Counted from the stretch's first letter, positions 42,026 to 52,543 are shown. The stretch: 64,000 bases of DNA from an uncultured delta proteobacterium (GCA_963803975.1 CAWDOY010000054.1:64001-128000), one strand, 5' to 3'. Notes: a model not told the origin generated them from the letters alone. Numbers and translations are program-made.

Positions 42026-43857
42026 ATGTGTGGAATAGTCGGCTACATTGGCAAAAGAAATACCTGCTCAGTCCTCCTGGAAGGGCTCAAACGGCTTGAG
42101 TACCGGGGTTATGACTCAGCCGGGGTGGCAATTTTCAATGACGGTAAAATAGAGGTGCGCCGCTGCCAGGGCAAGCTCTGCAACCTGGAAAGCCTTCTCT
42201 GCAATACCAGCTTTGACGGGGACGCGGGTATCGGGCACACGCGCTGGGCAACCCATGGCCGGCCATCCGAAGAAAATGCCCATCCGCACTTTTATAAGGG
42301 CATAGCGGTGGTGCATAACGGCATCATAGAAAATTACCTGGAGCTGAAAAAGATGCTCCGGGGCGAAGGGCATGAGTTTCAGTCCGAGACCGACAGCGAG
42401 GTGCTGTCACACCTGTTTGCCCGGTTTTTTGCCCAGGGATGCTCATTTGAAGAGTCGGTGCGCAAGGGGCTGGCACTGGTGCGGGGATCATATGCAATCG
42501 CCGTCGTGAACGAGGATGATCCCTCACAGCTCATTGCTGCACGCAATGAAAGCCCTCTGGTGCTCGGGCTGGGGGATGGAGAAAATTTTATCGCCTCTGA
42601 TGTCCCGGCCATCCTGCCCTACACGCGGAAGATGATTTTTCTTGAGGACGGCGATATGGCTGTCGTGAAAAATAGAGCCGTGCAGATAACCGCACTCTCC
42701 GGCGCGGTGGTGCAGCGGGCTCGCCCCGGGTGATTACCTGGGACCCGATCATGGCGGAAAAGGGCGGCTATAAGCACTTCATGCAGAAAGAAATTTTTGA
42801 ACAGCCCCGGGCTATCATCGACACCCTGCGCGGCCGCATTTCTGAGGACACCTGCGATATCTATCTGAACGGGTTTGAAGCGCATGCTGCAGCGCTGAAA
42901 AATATTGAGCGCATCTATTGTGTTGCCTGCGGCACGTCATATTATGCAGGCCTGGTTGGCAAATTCATGCTTGAGGAAATCAGCCGTATTCCGGTTGAGG
43001 TGGATCTGGGATCGGAATTTCGCTATCGTGACCCGCTCGTAGACGAGCGCTCCCTTATCATTCTCATTTCCCAGTCCGGTGAAACCGCAGATACGCTCGC
43101 CGCCATGCGTGAGGGGAAGGGCAAGGGCGCCAAGACACTGGCAATCTGTAACGCGGTGGAGAGCAGTCTGGCGCGCGACTGTGACAGCGTGCTGTACACA
43201 CACGCGGGGCCGGAAATCGGCGTTGCCTCAACCAAGGCCTTTACCAGCCAGGTGACCGCTCTTTTTCTGGTAGCGCTTTTTTTAGGCAAGCTGCGGGGAA
43301 CACTCCCTGATGAGCGGGCCTGCCAGTTAATTCAGGACCTGGTGCGCCTGCCGCGTCTGATGGAAAAAGTGTTAACCCTTGATAGTGAAATAGAAAAGAT
43401 CGCGCAGGTCTATGCTGACACGCACAATTTTCTATATCTCGGCCGCGGGATCAACTATCCGATTGCTCTTGAGGGAGCTCTGAAACTGAAAGAGATCTCC
43501 TATATCCACGCCGAAGGCTACCCTGCCGGCGAAATGAAACACGGCCCCATTGCCTTAATTGATGAGGAAATGCCGGTAGTGGTGGTAGCGCCGAAAGGTG
43601 CCACCTACGAGAAGATCATGAGCAATATTGAGGAAGTAAAAGCCCGCCAGGGCAGAACCATTGCCCTGGCCACCGAAGGAGATGCCGAAATCGGCAAAAA
43701 GGTCAACCACAGCATGTTTGTTCCGGAAACAAACCCGCTTCTCACCCCCATCCTGATGGTCATTCCGCTACAGCTGTTTGCCTACCATGTGGCAGTGATC
43801 AAGGGAACTGATGTAGATCAGCCGAGAAACCTTGCAAAAAGCGTCACCGTAGAGTAA
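42026..43857 (+). CDS. glmS: Glutamine-fructose-6-phosphate transaminase (frameshift near 42725)
   Basis: [33 protein letters not shown]. Confidence 0.95.
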
Positions 43858-43863
43858 TATTCC

Positions 43864-43941
43864 GGGACGCTGATTAACGCAGATGGTCCGGAGCGTTTCG
43901 CGGCTCATACCTCTGCAGCAATCAGTGTAAATCCGCGTCCC
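43864..43941. repeat. Intergenic inverted repeat with 9-mer periodicity
   Basis: gggacgctgattaacgcaga...aatcagtgtaaatccgcgtccc. Confidence 0.7.
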
Positions 43942-43959
43942 CATTTTGAGGAACCTTCT

Positions 43960-45035
43960 ATGTCTTCGTTTACCGGCAACCTGCGCGCAACCACCATCGG
44001 CAGCCTTCCTCTGACCGATGCACAGGAAGCGACCGATCTCGTGTTCAACTACACACCGCTTCTTCCATCCTGGGTACAGCTTCCCAAACATCCCGGGGAG
44101 GGCATGCTTGAGCAGTACAATGAGGGGCTGCCGGGGATAAAAGACGCGGGTGGCCGCATCTACATTGATACTGACGATCCCGGTTTTGAAGAGGCGCTGC
44201 TGCACTTTTACGAGCAGTACCTGGGGGCTGTTGAAGGGCATGCGCATGAAAGCCTGGAGCGCTTTGCCATTTCCCGGAATCGCGCGCGCGGTTTTTTTTC
44301 TTTTATCGAGCGGCTCAGCACCCGCAAACCGGCAGCACTTGACACGGTGAAGGGGCAGATTACCGGGCCCTTTACTCTGGCCACCGGCCTTAAAGACCGC
44401 GAGGGAAAGTATGCCTATTATAATCCCCAGCTGCGGGATGTCATCGTAAAACTCCTGAGCCTTAAGGCAAAATGGCAGATTAAAAAATTGCAGCGCTGCA
44501 ATGTCTCGGTGCTGATGTTCATGGACGAGCCGTCGCTGGTGGGGTTCGGCTCTTCAGCCTACCTGGGAGTGCAGGAAGAGGATATTAAAAAAGACCTGAA
44601 TGAAATTGCGGGCATCATCCACGCGGAGCAGGCGTGGGCAGGTGTGCACTGCTGCGAAAACACCGACTGGTCGCTGCTGCTGAAAAGCGATATTGATGTT
44701 TTAAACTTTGACGCGTACGGGTTTTTTGACCGCTTATTTCTCTATAAGGATGACCTGGTTAATTTTATGAACAGGGGGGAACACTAGCATGGGGAATTGT
44801 CCCCACGCACGCGGAAGAGATTATTCATAGCGTGTCTGCTGCATCCCTTATAGAGCTGTGGAAGCAGCATGTAGAGAAGCTTACCGCAGCCGGCCTTACC
44901 CCGGAAAAGATAGCCCGTCAGTCCCTGGTGACCCCGAGCTGCGGTGCCGGGTCATTATCAAAAGCAGCAGCACTCCGGGTCCTGGAACTGCTGCAGGAGG
45001 TGACTGACAGCTTGCGGCAGGAATTTGGTTTTTAA
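43960..45035 (+). CDS. Core (single-barrel) MetE-like methionine synthase, MesB-like; frameshift near 44780
   Basis: TTIGSLP, PSWVQLP, KGQITGP, DEP, GVHCC, WGIVPT, TPSCG. Confidence 0.75.
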
Positions 45036-45220
45036 TGAACCGCTAAAGTCAGCCGGCCTTAAACATCAATTATAAAGAAGCAATACGGATGCACCCGGTC
45101 TCCCGGGTGCTGAGCTTTTTTTCGCGGCCCTCCGCTCCCCTGCCTTAAAACGGATTCTTCATCTCCTTCCACCATCAGGCACAGGTATCCTCTATGACCG
45201 CCCCGCTGCAGGCGCGCCGT

Positions 45221-45866
45221 TTATTTGACGGTTGCCGGCGTCTCCGGCTGGCAGAAATAGTAGGTGAGAAACACGCTGGATGCGAAATTAGCAACGCTGC
45301 CCACGCAGTTGCGCGCATCAAAGACCAGGGCACAGTCATACAGGACAAAAATAAATGACTCTATCATATCAGTAATCTGCACTATACACTCATCGGGCAG
45401 TGCAGCAGTATCTACCGCCGTGTTTTCATAGGCATCAAAGCTGATGGCCGCCGCCGGCACCCCGACTCCTGCCCGCTGCGGAAGCCGGTCATACAGCAGG
45501 ACGAGCCCCCGCTGCGTCTGATCCTTTACCAGCGCTAAAAATTTTGAGCTGCTTCCCGTGACCATATCTTTACACCGGGCAAACAGGATGTCGCCATCCC
45601 GGTGTGAGAGCAGGACCGTTGTTTTATAGTCTATGGCCAGATTTTTATCTGCCAGAGACTGTATCACGCAGGGGGGAAGCAGCTCCCTCCTGGTGCATTC
45701 CTGTTCCTTTAAGCCGGTTGTAATGTGAATACGCGAGCTGTCCCACGACGGCATGGTCCAAGCCGTCGTTTTCGCCAGCGCCTCACCGGTAAACCCGCAC
45801 ATACAGGTAATCAGTAAACTATAGATCCTGCAAGACACTACTTTCTGCCGTGTGTCGCTTCTTCAT
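45221..45866 (-). CDS. Hypothetical exported protein (probable frameshift near 5' end)
   Basis: 205-aa ORF; strong RBS aaggagg precedes an out-of-frame ATG at 45866; signal-like segment ending ALA. Confidence 0.55.
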
Positions 45867-45980
45867 TGTTATTTTCCTCCTTGCTATGGATTCAGGTGCT
45901 CAGTATAACAATTATTACCGTCAATAACAATAACATCGGGGAAACAAAAGAAAAGAAATTTTTAACAGCAGCAGGGGGTA

Positions 45981-46163
45981 GGAACTCGGGATTAGTGGCT
46001 CGTGGCCAGTGACTCGGGGTTAGTGCCCAGTAAAGGCCAAAAGGCAAAGAGGCAAAGAGGTTAAGAGGTTAAAAGGTAAAACCTCTTCATCTTTTTACCA
46101 ATTCTCCTTTTCACTTTTTCATTGCGGTCATGCCTCTTGTTGGTTTTCTATGCCTTAATTTTG
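45981..46163. repeat. Dispersed repeat B, copy 2
   Basis: Colinear with 26125-26384. Confidence 0.85.
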
Positions 46164-46188
46164 GGGATGTCCGGAGGATTTTTTAGTC

Positions 46189-47359
46189 TGTTAAAACAGT
46201 AGTGGCCGGTTAAAAGTCAAAGCACTTTTGTCTTCACGTAGTTAAACCGATACCGGTCAGCGGGTATCTGGAGAATATGGTTGTCAAAGTGCACACAGTT
46301 GTCGTTGCCGACCGTCCGTTCATACTGCTCACAGAGAATATCCCGCAACTCTGTGCCTATGTAGGGCACAAAAGCCGTTGCCTGTTCCCGTGGTTCACAG
46401 GAAAACTCTGCGTTAAATCCTGAACGATAGCGTTTCCGCAGGTACTGATTAGCCGTTTCCATCGTGGTTATCCCTTCTCGGGCCAACTCTTTGACAAGCC
46501 GATCCTGATGCGTGCGAAACATTCGCTCTGATCTGCCCCGTGCCTCAGGAGAATATGCCGGTATCATACTGACCCCCAGCTGTTTCATGGCTCGCCCAAA
46601 CTGTGTCAGATTGACCTTGTCTACCCGGCCTCCTGCCTCAGGGGTATGCCAGTAGTGACTCCCCCGGTCTGTATATAAAGAACAAAATAATCCCTTTTTT
46701 ACTATCGTTTCCTCTACCCCGGCAAAACTGCTTGCGGTTGATTCCTCCTCTACAAAAAACATGCTGTAATGCTCACTGGTGGCATCATCCATAGTTACAA
46801 TCAAGTCCCACTGCTGCCCTTCCACCCATTCATGCCTGCTCCCGTCCTGATGCAGCATCATCCCGGCCATCGCTGAGCGCTCCCGACGTTTACGATGCGC
46901 CCCCTTGCGCTTTGCCCGAACAATCAGCTGTGCCTCCTGGAGCCGACTCTTTACCCACGTGTAACTGCGGGTGCCCCCCGCGCGCCGATACCAGCTGTGA
47001 AAATGCTGCGCATTCCACCCCTCATACCCTCCCCGGTACTTCTCTGTCAGCGCCATCACTTCATCCACTGCTGCCCGGCGATGGGATACCTGGTTGAGCC
47101 GTTTGTCTAACAGTCCCTCCATTCCCTGTTCTTCATAGCGATCTCTATACCGTCTGAAACTTCGATCGCATATTCCTAATATCCGTGCCGCCTCCTCCTG
47201 ACTTAGTCGCCCTTCCTGCCATCCTGCATAGGCCTCTTTAAATCTCATCTTCCGTATCTCCTGTAGCATTTCTGTCCGTCTCATATGTCACCTCCAAAGG
47301 TGATTTTAAACCGGACAGTTTATGTGCTACAAGACCGGACAGATTATAAGCTCTCTACA
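46189..47359 (-). mobile_element. IS1202/ISNCY-family insertion sequence with 17-bp target duplication
   Basis: cggaggattttttagtc at 46172-46188 and 47360-47376; TGT...ACA ends; repeated ccggacag motifs. Confidence 0.92.
46217..47284 (-). CDS. DDE transposase (ISNCY/IS1202, IS481-like fold), possibly C-terminally shortened
   Basis: N-terminal HTH; HQDGS, MDDATS, YTDRGS, GRSER. Confidence 0.92.
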   Translation of the reverse strand: MRRTEMLQEIRKMRFKEAYAGWQEGRLSQEEAARILGICDRSFRRYRDRYEEQGMEGLLDKRLNQVSHRRAAVDEVMALTEKYRGGYEGWNAQHFHSWYRRAGGTRSYTWVKSRLQEAQLIVRAKRKGAHRKRRERSAMAGMMLHQDGSRHEWVEGQQWDLIVTMDDATSEHYSMFFVEEESTASSFAGVEETIVKKGLFCSLYTDRGSHYWHTPEAGGRVDKVNLTQFGRAMKQLGVSMIPAYSPEARGRSERMFRTHQDRLVKELAREGITTMETANQYLRKRYRSGFNAEFSCEPREQATAFVPYIGTELRDILCEQYERTVGNDNCVHFDNHILQIPADRYRFNYVKTKVL

Positions 47360-47376
47360 CGGAGGATTTTTTAGTC

Positions 47377-47405
47377 TTGATAAAGCAGATGGATTTTTGT
47401 ATAGT
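47377..47405 (+). promoter_or_regulatory. Sigma70 promoter of kdsA
   Basis: TTGATA-17 bp-TATAGT directly after the target duplication. Confidence 0.6.
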
Positions 47406-47411
47406 CTTATG

Positions 47412-48248
47412 ATGAAGGCAAAAAGACCACGTCAGGTACCAATTGGGAATATCTGCATCGGGGGGGGGAACCCTGTCGTCCTTATAGCCGGCCCCTGTGT
47501 TATCGAAGGATGGAAGCAGACGTACACCGTGGCAAAAGCACTGAAAAAAATTGCCGCTGCTGCTTCAATCCCGCTCATATTTAAAGCATCCTATGACAAG
47601 GCAAACAGAACGTCGCTCCATTCATTCAGGGGGCCGGGACTCAAGCGGGGTCTGGAAATTTTAGCTGAGATCAGGCGGAGCCTTGACCTGCCGGTGCTCT
47701 CCGATGTGCACCGGTTTGAGGAAATTGGCCCTGCTGCAGAGGTCCTGGATGTTCTGCAGATACCCGCTTTTTTGTGCCGGCAGACAGATTTCATTGTGGA
47801 GGTGGCGCGCTCCGGCAAGCCGGTCAATGTAAAAAAAGGTCAGTTTCTCGCACCTGCCGATGTTGTCCGGGTGATAGAAAAAGTGACCAGCACCGGAAAT
47901 ACCAGGCTGCTGATTACTGAACGGGGTACGACCTTCGGTTATCACAACCTGGTTGTTGACATGCGCTCCCTTGTTATTCTGCGGGAAATGGGCTTTCCGG
48001 TAATATTTGATGCGACGCACAGCGTCCAGCTTCCCGGAGGAGCCGGCAGCGCCTCGGGCGGGGAGCGGGAGTTTGTGGCACCTCTGGCGCGGGCAGCAGT
48101 GGCCACGGGGATAGACGCACTATTTCTGGAAGTACATGGGCAGCCTGAAAAAGCGCTCTGTGACGGGCCAAACGCATTAAAGCTTGCAGGGCTTCCCCGG
48201 CTGCTCAAAGAGATAACAGGCATTGACCGGCTCTCGCGATCCTGGTGA
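47412..48248 (+). CDS. kdsA: KDO8P synthase
   Basis: IAGPCVIE, KASYDKANRTS, QIPAFLCRQT, DATHSVQ. Confidence 0.96.
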   Translation: MKAKRPRQVPIGNICIGGGNPVVLIAGPCVIEGWKQTYTVAKALKKIAAAASIPLIFKASYDKANRTSLHSFRGPGLKRGLEILAEIRRSLDLPVLSDVHRFEEIGPAAEVLDVLQIPAFLCRQTDFIVEVARSGKPVNVKKGQFLAPADVVRVIEKVTSTGNTRLLITERGTTFGYHNLVVDMRSLVILREMGFPVIFDATHSVQLPGGAGSASGGEREFVAPLARAAVATGIDALFLEVHGQPEKALCDGPNALKLAGLPRLLKEITGIDRLSRSW

Positions 48249-48304
48249 GGAGCGCATATTTTCCCTGGGGCCGTGAAGTATAGATAACAGGTGATGGAGG
48301 GTTC

Positions 48305-49273
48305 TTGACCGTTCTTGATCAGGCCAAAGATGTTTTTCGCAAAGAAGCCAATGCCATCCTGTCCCTCATTGACCGGGTAAATGAGGATTTCATCAGGGCG
48401 GTCACCCTGCTGCAGTCGTGCACCGGGAAAGTTATTGTCACCGGCATCGGAAAATCAGGCATCATCTCCCAGAAGATTGCTTCAACCCTATCCTGCTCCG
48501 GAACGCCAGCACTGTTCCTCCATCCGGCAGAAGGCATTCATGGCGACATTGGCATGGTGTCAAAAAATGATGTGGTGATCGCTGTTTCCAACAGCGGGGA
48601 GACTGACGAGCTGCTGAAAATACTGCCGGTCATTAAGCGCCTGGGCATTAAACTGATCGTGGTAACGGGCAACCCCGAATCGCTATTGTCAAAAAGCGGC
48701 GATGCCGTGCTTGACCTTGGTGTGCAGGAAGAGGCATGTCCGCTGGGGCTGATCCCCACGACCAGCACTGCCGCAGCTATGGCGATGGGGGATGCGCTGG
48801 CGCTGGCGCTTCTTGAGAGCCGGGGGTTTAAGGAGGAAGATTTTGCCGCCCTGCACCCGGGGGGTGCGCTGGGCCGCAAGCTGCTGCTGCGGGTAGAAGA
48901 CGTGATGCATGTACGGGAGGCGCTGCCGCTGGTTTCCGAGCATGACCCGATGAAGGTGGCGCTCATCGAGATGACCTCCAAGAGGCTTGGTGTCACCGGG
49001 GTTGTTACTGAGCAGGGGGAACTGGCGGGCATTATTACCGACGGCGATCTGCGACGGGGGCTGGAGCGGGAAAAAAACCTGCTCTCGCTGACAGTTCGAG
49101 ACGTTATGACGCGCAACCCCAGGACTATTGAGAAAGAAGCACTTGCAGCGCAGGCACTGCAGATGATGGAGCAGTACTCCATTACGTCGCTTTTTATTGT
49201 TGCCGCGAGCGGGCTGAAAAAACCGGAAGGGATTATTCATCTCCACGACCTTCTCAAAGCAGGCATGGTGTAG
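48305..49273 (+). CDS. kdsD: Arabinose-5-phosphate isomerase (SIS plus CBS)
   Basis: GIGKSG, HGDIG, EACPLGL, HPGGALG, TDGDLRR. Confidence 0.95.
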   Translation: MTVLDQAKDVFRKEANAILSLIDRVNEDFIRAVTLLQSCTGKVIVTGIGKSGIISQKIASTLSCSGTPALFLHPAEGIHGDIGMVSKNDVVIAVSNSGETDELLKILPVIKRLGIKLIVVTGNPESLLSKSGDAVLDLGVQEEACPLGLIPTTSTAAAMAMGDALALALLESRGFKEEDFAALHPGGALGRKLLLRVEDVMHVREALPLVSEHDPMKVALIEMTSKRLGVTGVVTEQGELAGIITDGDLRRGLEREKNLLSLTVRDVMTRNPRTIEKEALAAQALQMMEQYSITSLFIVAASGLKKPEGIIHLHDLLKAGMV

Positions 49274-49289
49274 GTTCACCGGAGGCAGG

Positions 49290-49805
49290 ATGGGACGAGA
49301 AAAAGCCCGGGATATCAAGCTGCTCATTCTGGATGTGGACGGGGTATTAACTGACGGGAAGATTGTCTATACTGACCGGGGAGAGGAAGCAAAAGCTTTT
49401 GATGTTAAGGACGGGCACGGGCTGAAGCTTCTCATGAGAGCGGGCATCCCGGTGGCACTCATTACCGGCCGCAGTTCTCCTGCAGTAGAACACCGGGCCC
49501 GGGATCTGGGGATTACCCGGGTTTATCAGAAAGCGATCAATAAAATTGAGGCCTACGAAGAGCTGCGCCGGGCTGAGAATCTCCGTGATGAGGAGATATG
49601 CGTTGTGGGGGATGACCTGCCTGACCTTCCGATCCTGAGAATATGCGGATTTTCTGTTGCCGTTGCCGACAGCGCGGAAGAAGTCAAGAGGGAGGTGGAT
49701 TATGTAACCAACAAGGAGGCAGGAAAGGGTGCAGTCCGGGAAGTATGCGACATTATTCTTAAAGCTCGGGGCCTATGGGGAGCAGTTACTGACCGCTATT
49801 TTTAG
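49290..49805 (+). CDS. kdsC: KDO8P phosphatase
   Basis: LDVDGVLTDG, GDDLPD, GKGAVRE. Confidence 0.95.
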   Translation: MGREKARDIKLLILDVDGVLTDGKIVYTDRGEEAKAFDVKDGHGLKLLMRAGIPVALITGRSSPAVEHRARDLGITRVYQKAINKIEAYEELRRAENLRDEEICVVGDDLPDLPILRICGFSVAVADSAEEVKREVDYVTNKEAGKGAVREVCDIILKARGLWGAVTDRYF

Positions 49806-50394
49806 AGGTATCTCCCCACGCGGCACCTATAGAAAAACGCGCAGGCTCCAGATCGCCCTGCTGGGCGTGGCGCTGATAATCATCTTCATCGTGTTAGGGA
49901 CGGCGTTTAAAGAGAAGCGCAAGCCGTTTATTACCAGACCGGAGGAAATCCAGCACCCTCCCGGGGATGCGAACCTTGAAGTAAAGGATGTTTCTTACAG
50001 CTACACCAACAAGGACAATGTCAAGGAATGGGAGCTGCGCGCTGACAAAGCGCAATACTTCAAGGATAAAAGACTGGTCATGCTTGAACATATGGATGTA
50101 ACGTTATACCGGGCGAACGGCGGTGTGTACCACCTGACGGGAAAACAGGGTCAGCTCAATATTGAGACACAGAACATCGTAGTCCAGGGAGACGTGCAGG
50201 GCGTTATGCCGGATAACACCCGCTTCGCCACCAACTCCTTTTCGTACGATAACAATAAACGTATCGTAACCACCAAAGATGCGGTGTTCGTTACCCGCGA
50301 TACGTTCTCTATGGAAGGGGTGGGAATGGTGATAGATATAAAGGAAGAAAAACTAACTTTACTTGATAAGGTGAAGGCTACGGAGAACAGATGA
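49729..50394 (+). CDS. lptC: LPS export protein LptC (start uncertain)
   Basis: Single TM, WELRADKA, beta-jellyroll pattern, synteny. Confidence 0.8.
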   Translation: MQSGKYATLFLKLGAYGEQLLTAIFRGISPRGTYRKTRRLQIALLGVALIIIFIVLGTAFKEKRKPFITRPEEIQHPPGDANLEVKDVSYSYTNKDNVKEWELRADKAQYFKDKRLVMLEHMDVTLYRANGGVYHLTGKQGQLNIETQNIVVQGDVQGVMPDNTRFATNSFSYDNNKRIVTTKDAVFVTRDTFSMEGVGMVIDIKEEKLTLLDKVKATENR

Positions 50395-51620
50395 GAAACA
50401 TACGCATTAGTGTACTGGTACTGCTTGCTATCCTGTGGCCCCGGCTGCTTATGGCGCAGGAAGATATCACGGTCAGGGTTGCCGTGCTGCCCTTTGAAAT
50501 TTTCAGCATGGAAGAAGCGCCCAACCTGGGCCGGGAGCTCTCCATCCAGCTGTCCCAGCAGATCGCCCTGAACCCGCGCATTTTGACCTGCACCCAGGGA
50601 CTCATAGCCTCGGTCCTCAGCAGCAGGAAGGGGGCTGCTTTAGATCAGGCACAGCTGGCAAAAATGGCGCAGTCCCTTGATGCTCATTTTATTGTGTCCG
50701 GCAGCCTGACCAAAATACAAAATGACATGAGCATGGATGTGCAGCTGTATAATAATTTTGATAAAGAGGCTTATTTTAAGACCTTTGCTGAAGGGACCGG
50801 TCTTGAAGCTCTGGTCAGGGACATAGCGCAAAAACTGGAGCAGGAAATCATGAAAAAGGCCGCGCTCATTCCGCTGTCTCAGCGCATTAAAACAGCTGCG
50901 GCTCCGGCAGCTGAAAAACCCGAGGAGCTGATACCGGAAATGAGAGAGGAGCCCCAAGAAGCAGCACCTGCGATCAAGCCTCCGGAAGAGAAACAGCAGG
51001 AGGCTTCAGTAAAGCCGTCTCCTCCGGTGAAGGAGCAGGAAGCCTCTGAGGAGGAAGCTGCAGAGCAGCCCCCTGCAGGGCGAGAGCCGGAGAAAAAACC
51101 GGAGCCGCCGCCGGCAGCGGAGAAGACCGGGAAGTCCGCCAAACAGAAAGAAGCTGCCAGGGAAAAGCCGGCGGGGCCCTCGTTTGGCGCTACCAGCCTG
51201 CCGGTCAATATTCACGCCGACACCCTGGAGTATGACAATAAACAGAACCAGGTTGCCTTTAAAGGGCATGTGGTTGCCCGCCAGGGCGATATGGTAATTT
51301 TTGCCGACGCCATGAAGGTGGAATATGAGTCAAAGGGAAAGCTTAAGGAGATCCAGGCACAGGGTGGTGTGAAAATTATCCAGGGTGACCGCATTGCCAC
51401 CGGCGACCTTATTACCTTTTACAATGAACAGCAAAAAATCGTCCTCACGGGAAACCCGCGGGTGTGGCAGGGTGATAACGTCATTACCGGGGAAAAAATA
51501 ACGGTCTATATCAAGGAAGAGCGCAGCGTGGTTGAAGGAAGCCAGGCGGGCCGGGTCAGTGCCACGATTGTTCCCAGGAAAAAAGAACAGAAAAACGTTC
51601 CGGAACGGCAGGCCCGATAG
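50391..51620 (+). CDS. lptA: LptA with extra N-terminal domain and Pro/Glu/Ala linker
   Basis: C-terminal IHADTL..FKGHVVARQG..LTGNPRVWQG..GRVSA; N-terminal VAVLPFE..SGSLTK domain. Confidence 0.82.
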   Translation: MRNIRISVLVLLAILWPRLLMAQEDITVRVAVLPFEIFSMEEAPNLGRELSIQLSQQIALNPRILTCTQGLIASVLSSRKGAALDQAQLAKMAQSLDAHFIVSGSLTKIQNDMSMDVQLYNNFDKEAYFKTFAEGTGLEALVRDIAQKLEQEIMKKAALIPLSQRIKTAAAPAAEKPEELIPEMREEPQEAAPAIKPPEEKQQEASVKPSPPVKEQEASEEEAAEQPPAGREPEKKPEPPPAAEKTGKSAKQKEAAREKPAGPSFGATSLPVNIHADTLEYDNKQNQVAFKGHVVARQGDMVIFADAMKVEYESKGKLKEIQAQGGVKIIQGDRIATGDLITFYNEQQKIVLTGNPRVWQGDNVITGEKITVYIKEERSVVEGSQAGRVSATIVPRKKEQKNVPERQAR

Positions 51621-51716
51621 CGCGTGCCCCGCACCTGCGAGAAAAAATTTCTTTCTTCAATTTGAAATGTGCTACACTTATAAATTATTGATTGCATCCT
51701 GACACGAACGGGCACC

Positions 51717-52439
51717 ATGACGCATCTCAGAGCAGAATCGCTGGTTAAATGTTTCGGTGAGAAAAAGGTTGTCGATACTATTTCCCTGGATGTGCAGCGC
51801 GGTGAAATTGTGGGCCTGCTGGGGCCCAATGGCGCCGGTAAAACCACCACCTTTTATATGATGGTCGGCCTCTATCAGCCTGAAGGCGGAAAGGTTTATC
51901 TTGACGGCACGGATATTACTGATTATCCGATGTACCTGCGGGCGCGCATGGGCATCACCTATCTGCCCCAGGAAACCTCCATCTTCAGGAAGCTCACCGT
52001 TGAAGAGAATATCCTGGCTATTCTGGAAACACTTCCGATCACCAGGGACGAGATGCTGGAGCGACTGGAAGAGCACCTCAAGGAACTTAACATAACCGGC
52101 ATTGCCAAACGCAAGGCATTTCTGCTTTCAGGGGGGGAGCGGCGCCGGGTTGAGATAACCAGAGCGCTGGTAACATCGCCTTCCTTCATTCTCTTTGATG
52201 AACCGTTTACCGGGGTTGACCCGATCGCGGTTCACGAAATACAGAATATCATCCTGCGTCTTACGTCCAGGGGTATCGGGGTTATCATCTCTGACCATAA
52301 CGTCAGGGAAACCCTGGGCATATGTCAGCGGGCCTATATTATTCATGATGGTAAAGTTCTTGAGGAAGGCGAACCGCAGAAAATTGTGGAAAGCAGAAAG
52401 GCGCGCAGCATTTATCTCGGGGAAAAATTCAGCATGTAA
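51717..52439 (+). CDS. lptB: LPS export ABC ATPase
   Basis: GPNGAGKTTTFY, LSGGERRRVEI, DHNVRETL. Confidence 0.96.
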   Translation: MTHLRAESLVKCFGEKKVVDTISLDVQRGEIVGLLGPNGAGKTTTFYMMVGLYQPEGGKVYLDGTDITDYPMYLRARMGITYLPQETSIFRKLTVEENILAILETLPITRDEMLERLEEHLKELNITGIAKRKAFLLSGGERRRVEITRALVTSPSFILFDEPFTGVDPIAVHEIQNIILRLTSRGIGVIISDHNVRETLGICQRAYIIHDGKVLEEGEPQKIVESRKARSIYLGEKFSM

Positions 52440-52447
52440 CAATTAAG

Positions 52448-52532
52448 CAGGGTCACAGAGGTCAAGGGTTCAAGTGAATGCAGACAAATAATCACTTGAA
52501 CCCTGGACCCCTTGAGCCCCTTGAACCCTTAA
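52448..52532. repeat. 8-mer periodic inverted repeat (aagggttc / gaacccct)
   Basis: aagggttcaagtga...tcacttgaacccctggaccccttgagcccc; same family at 58503-58590. Confidence 0.8.
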
Positions 52533-52543
52533 TGTAGAACTAT

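Noticed and set aside
41953..42026. glmS ribozyme
   Set aside because: The spacer is about 70 bp with one simple hairpin, too short for the ribozyme
42700..42745. Split glmS or programmed frameshift
   Set aside because: No slippery site, and similar indels occur in many unrelated genes
47322..47411. N-terminal extension of KdsA (likewise AlaS, PyrD, BamD, GlmU)
   Set aside because: These upstream starts run through IS ends, repeats or promoters
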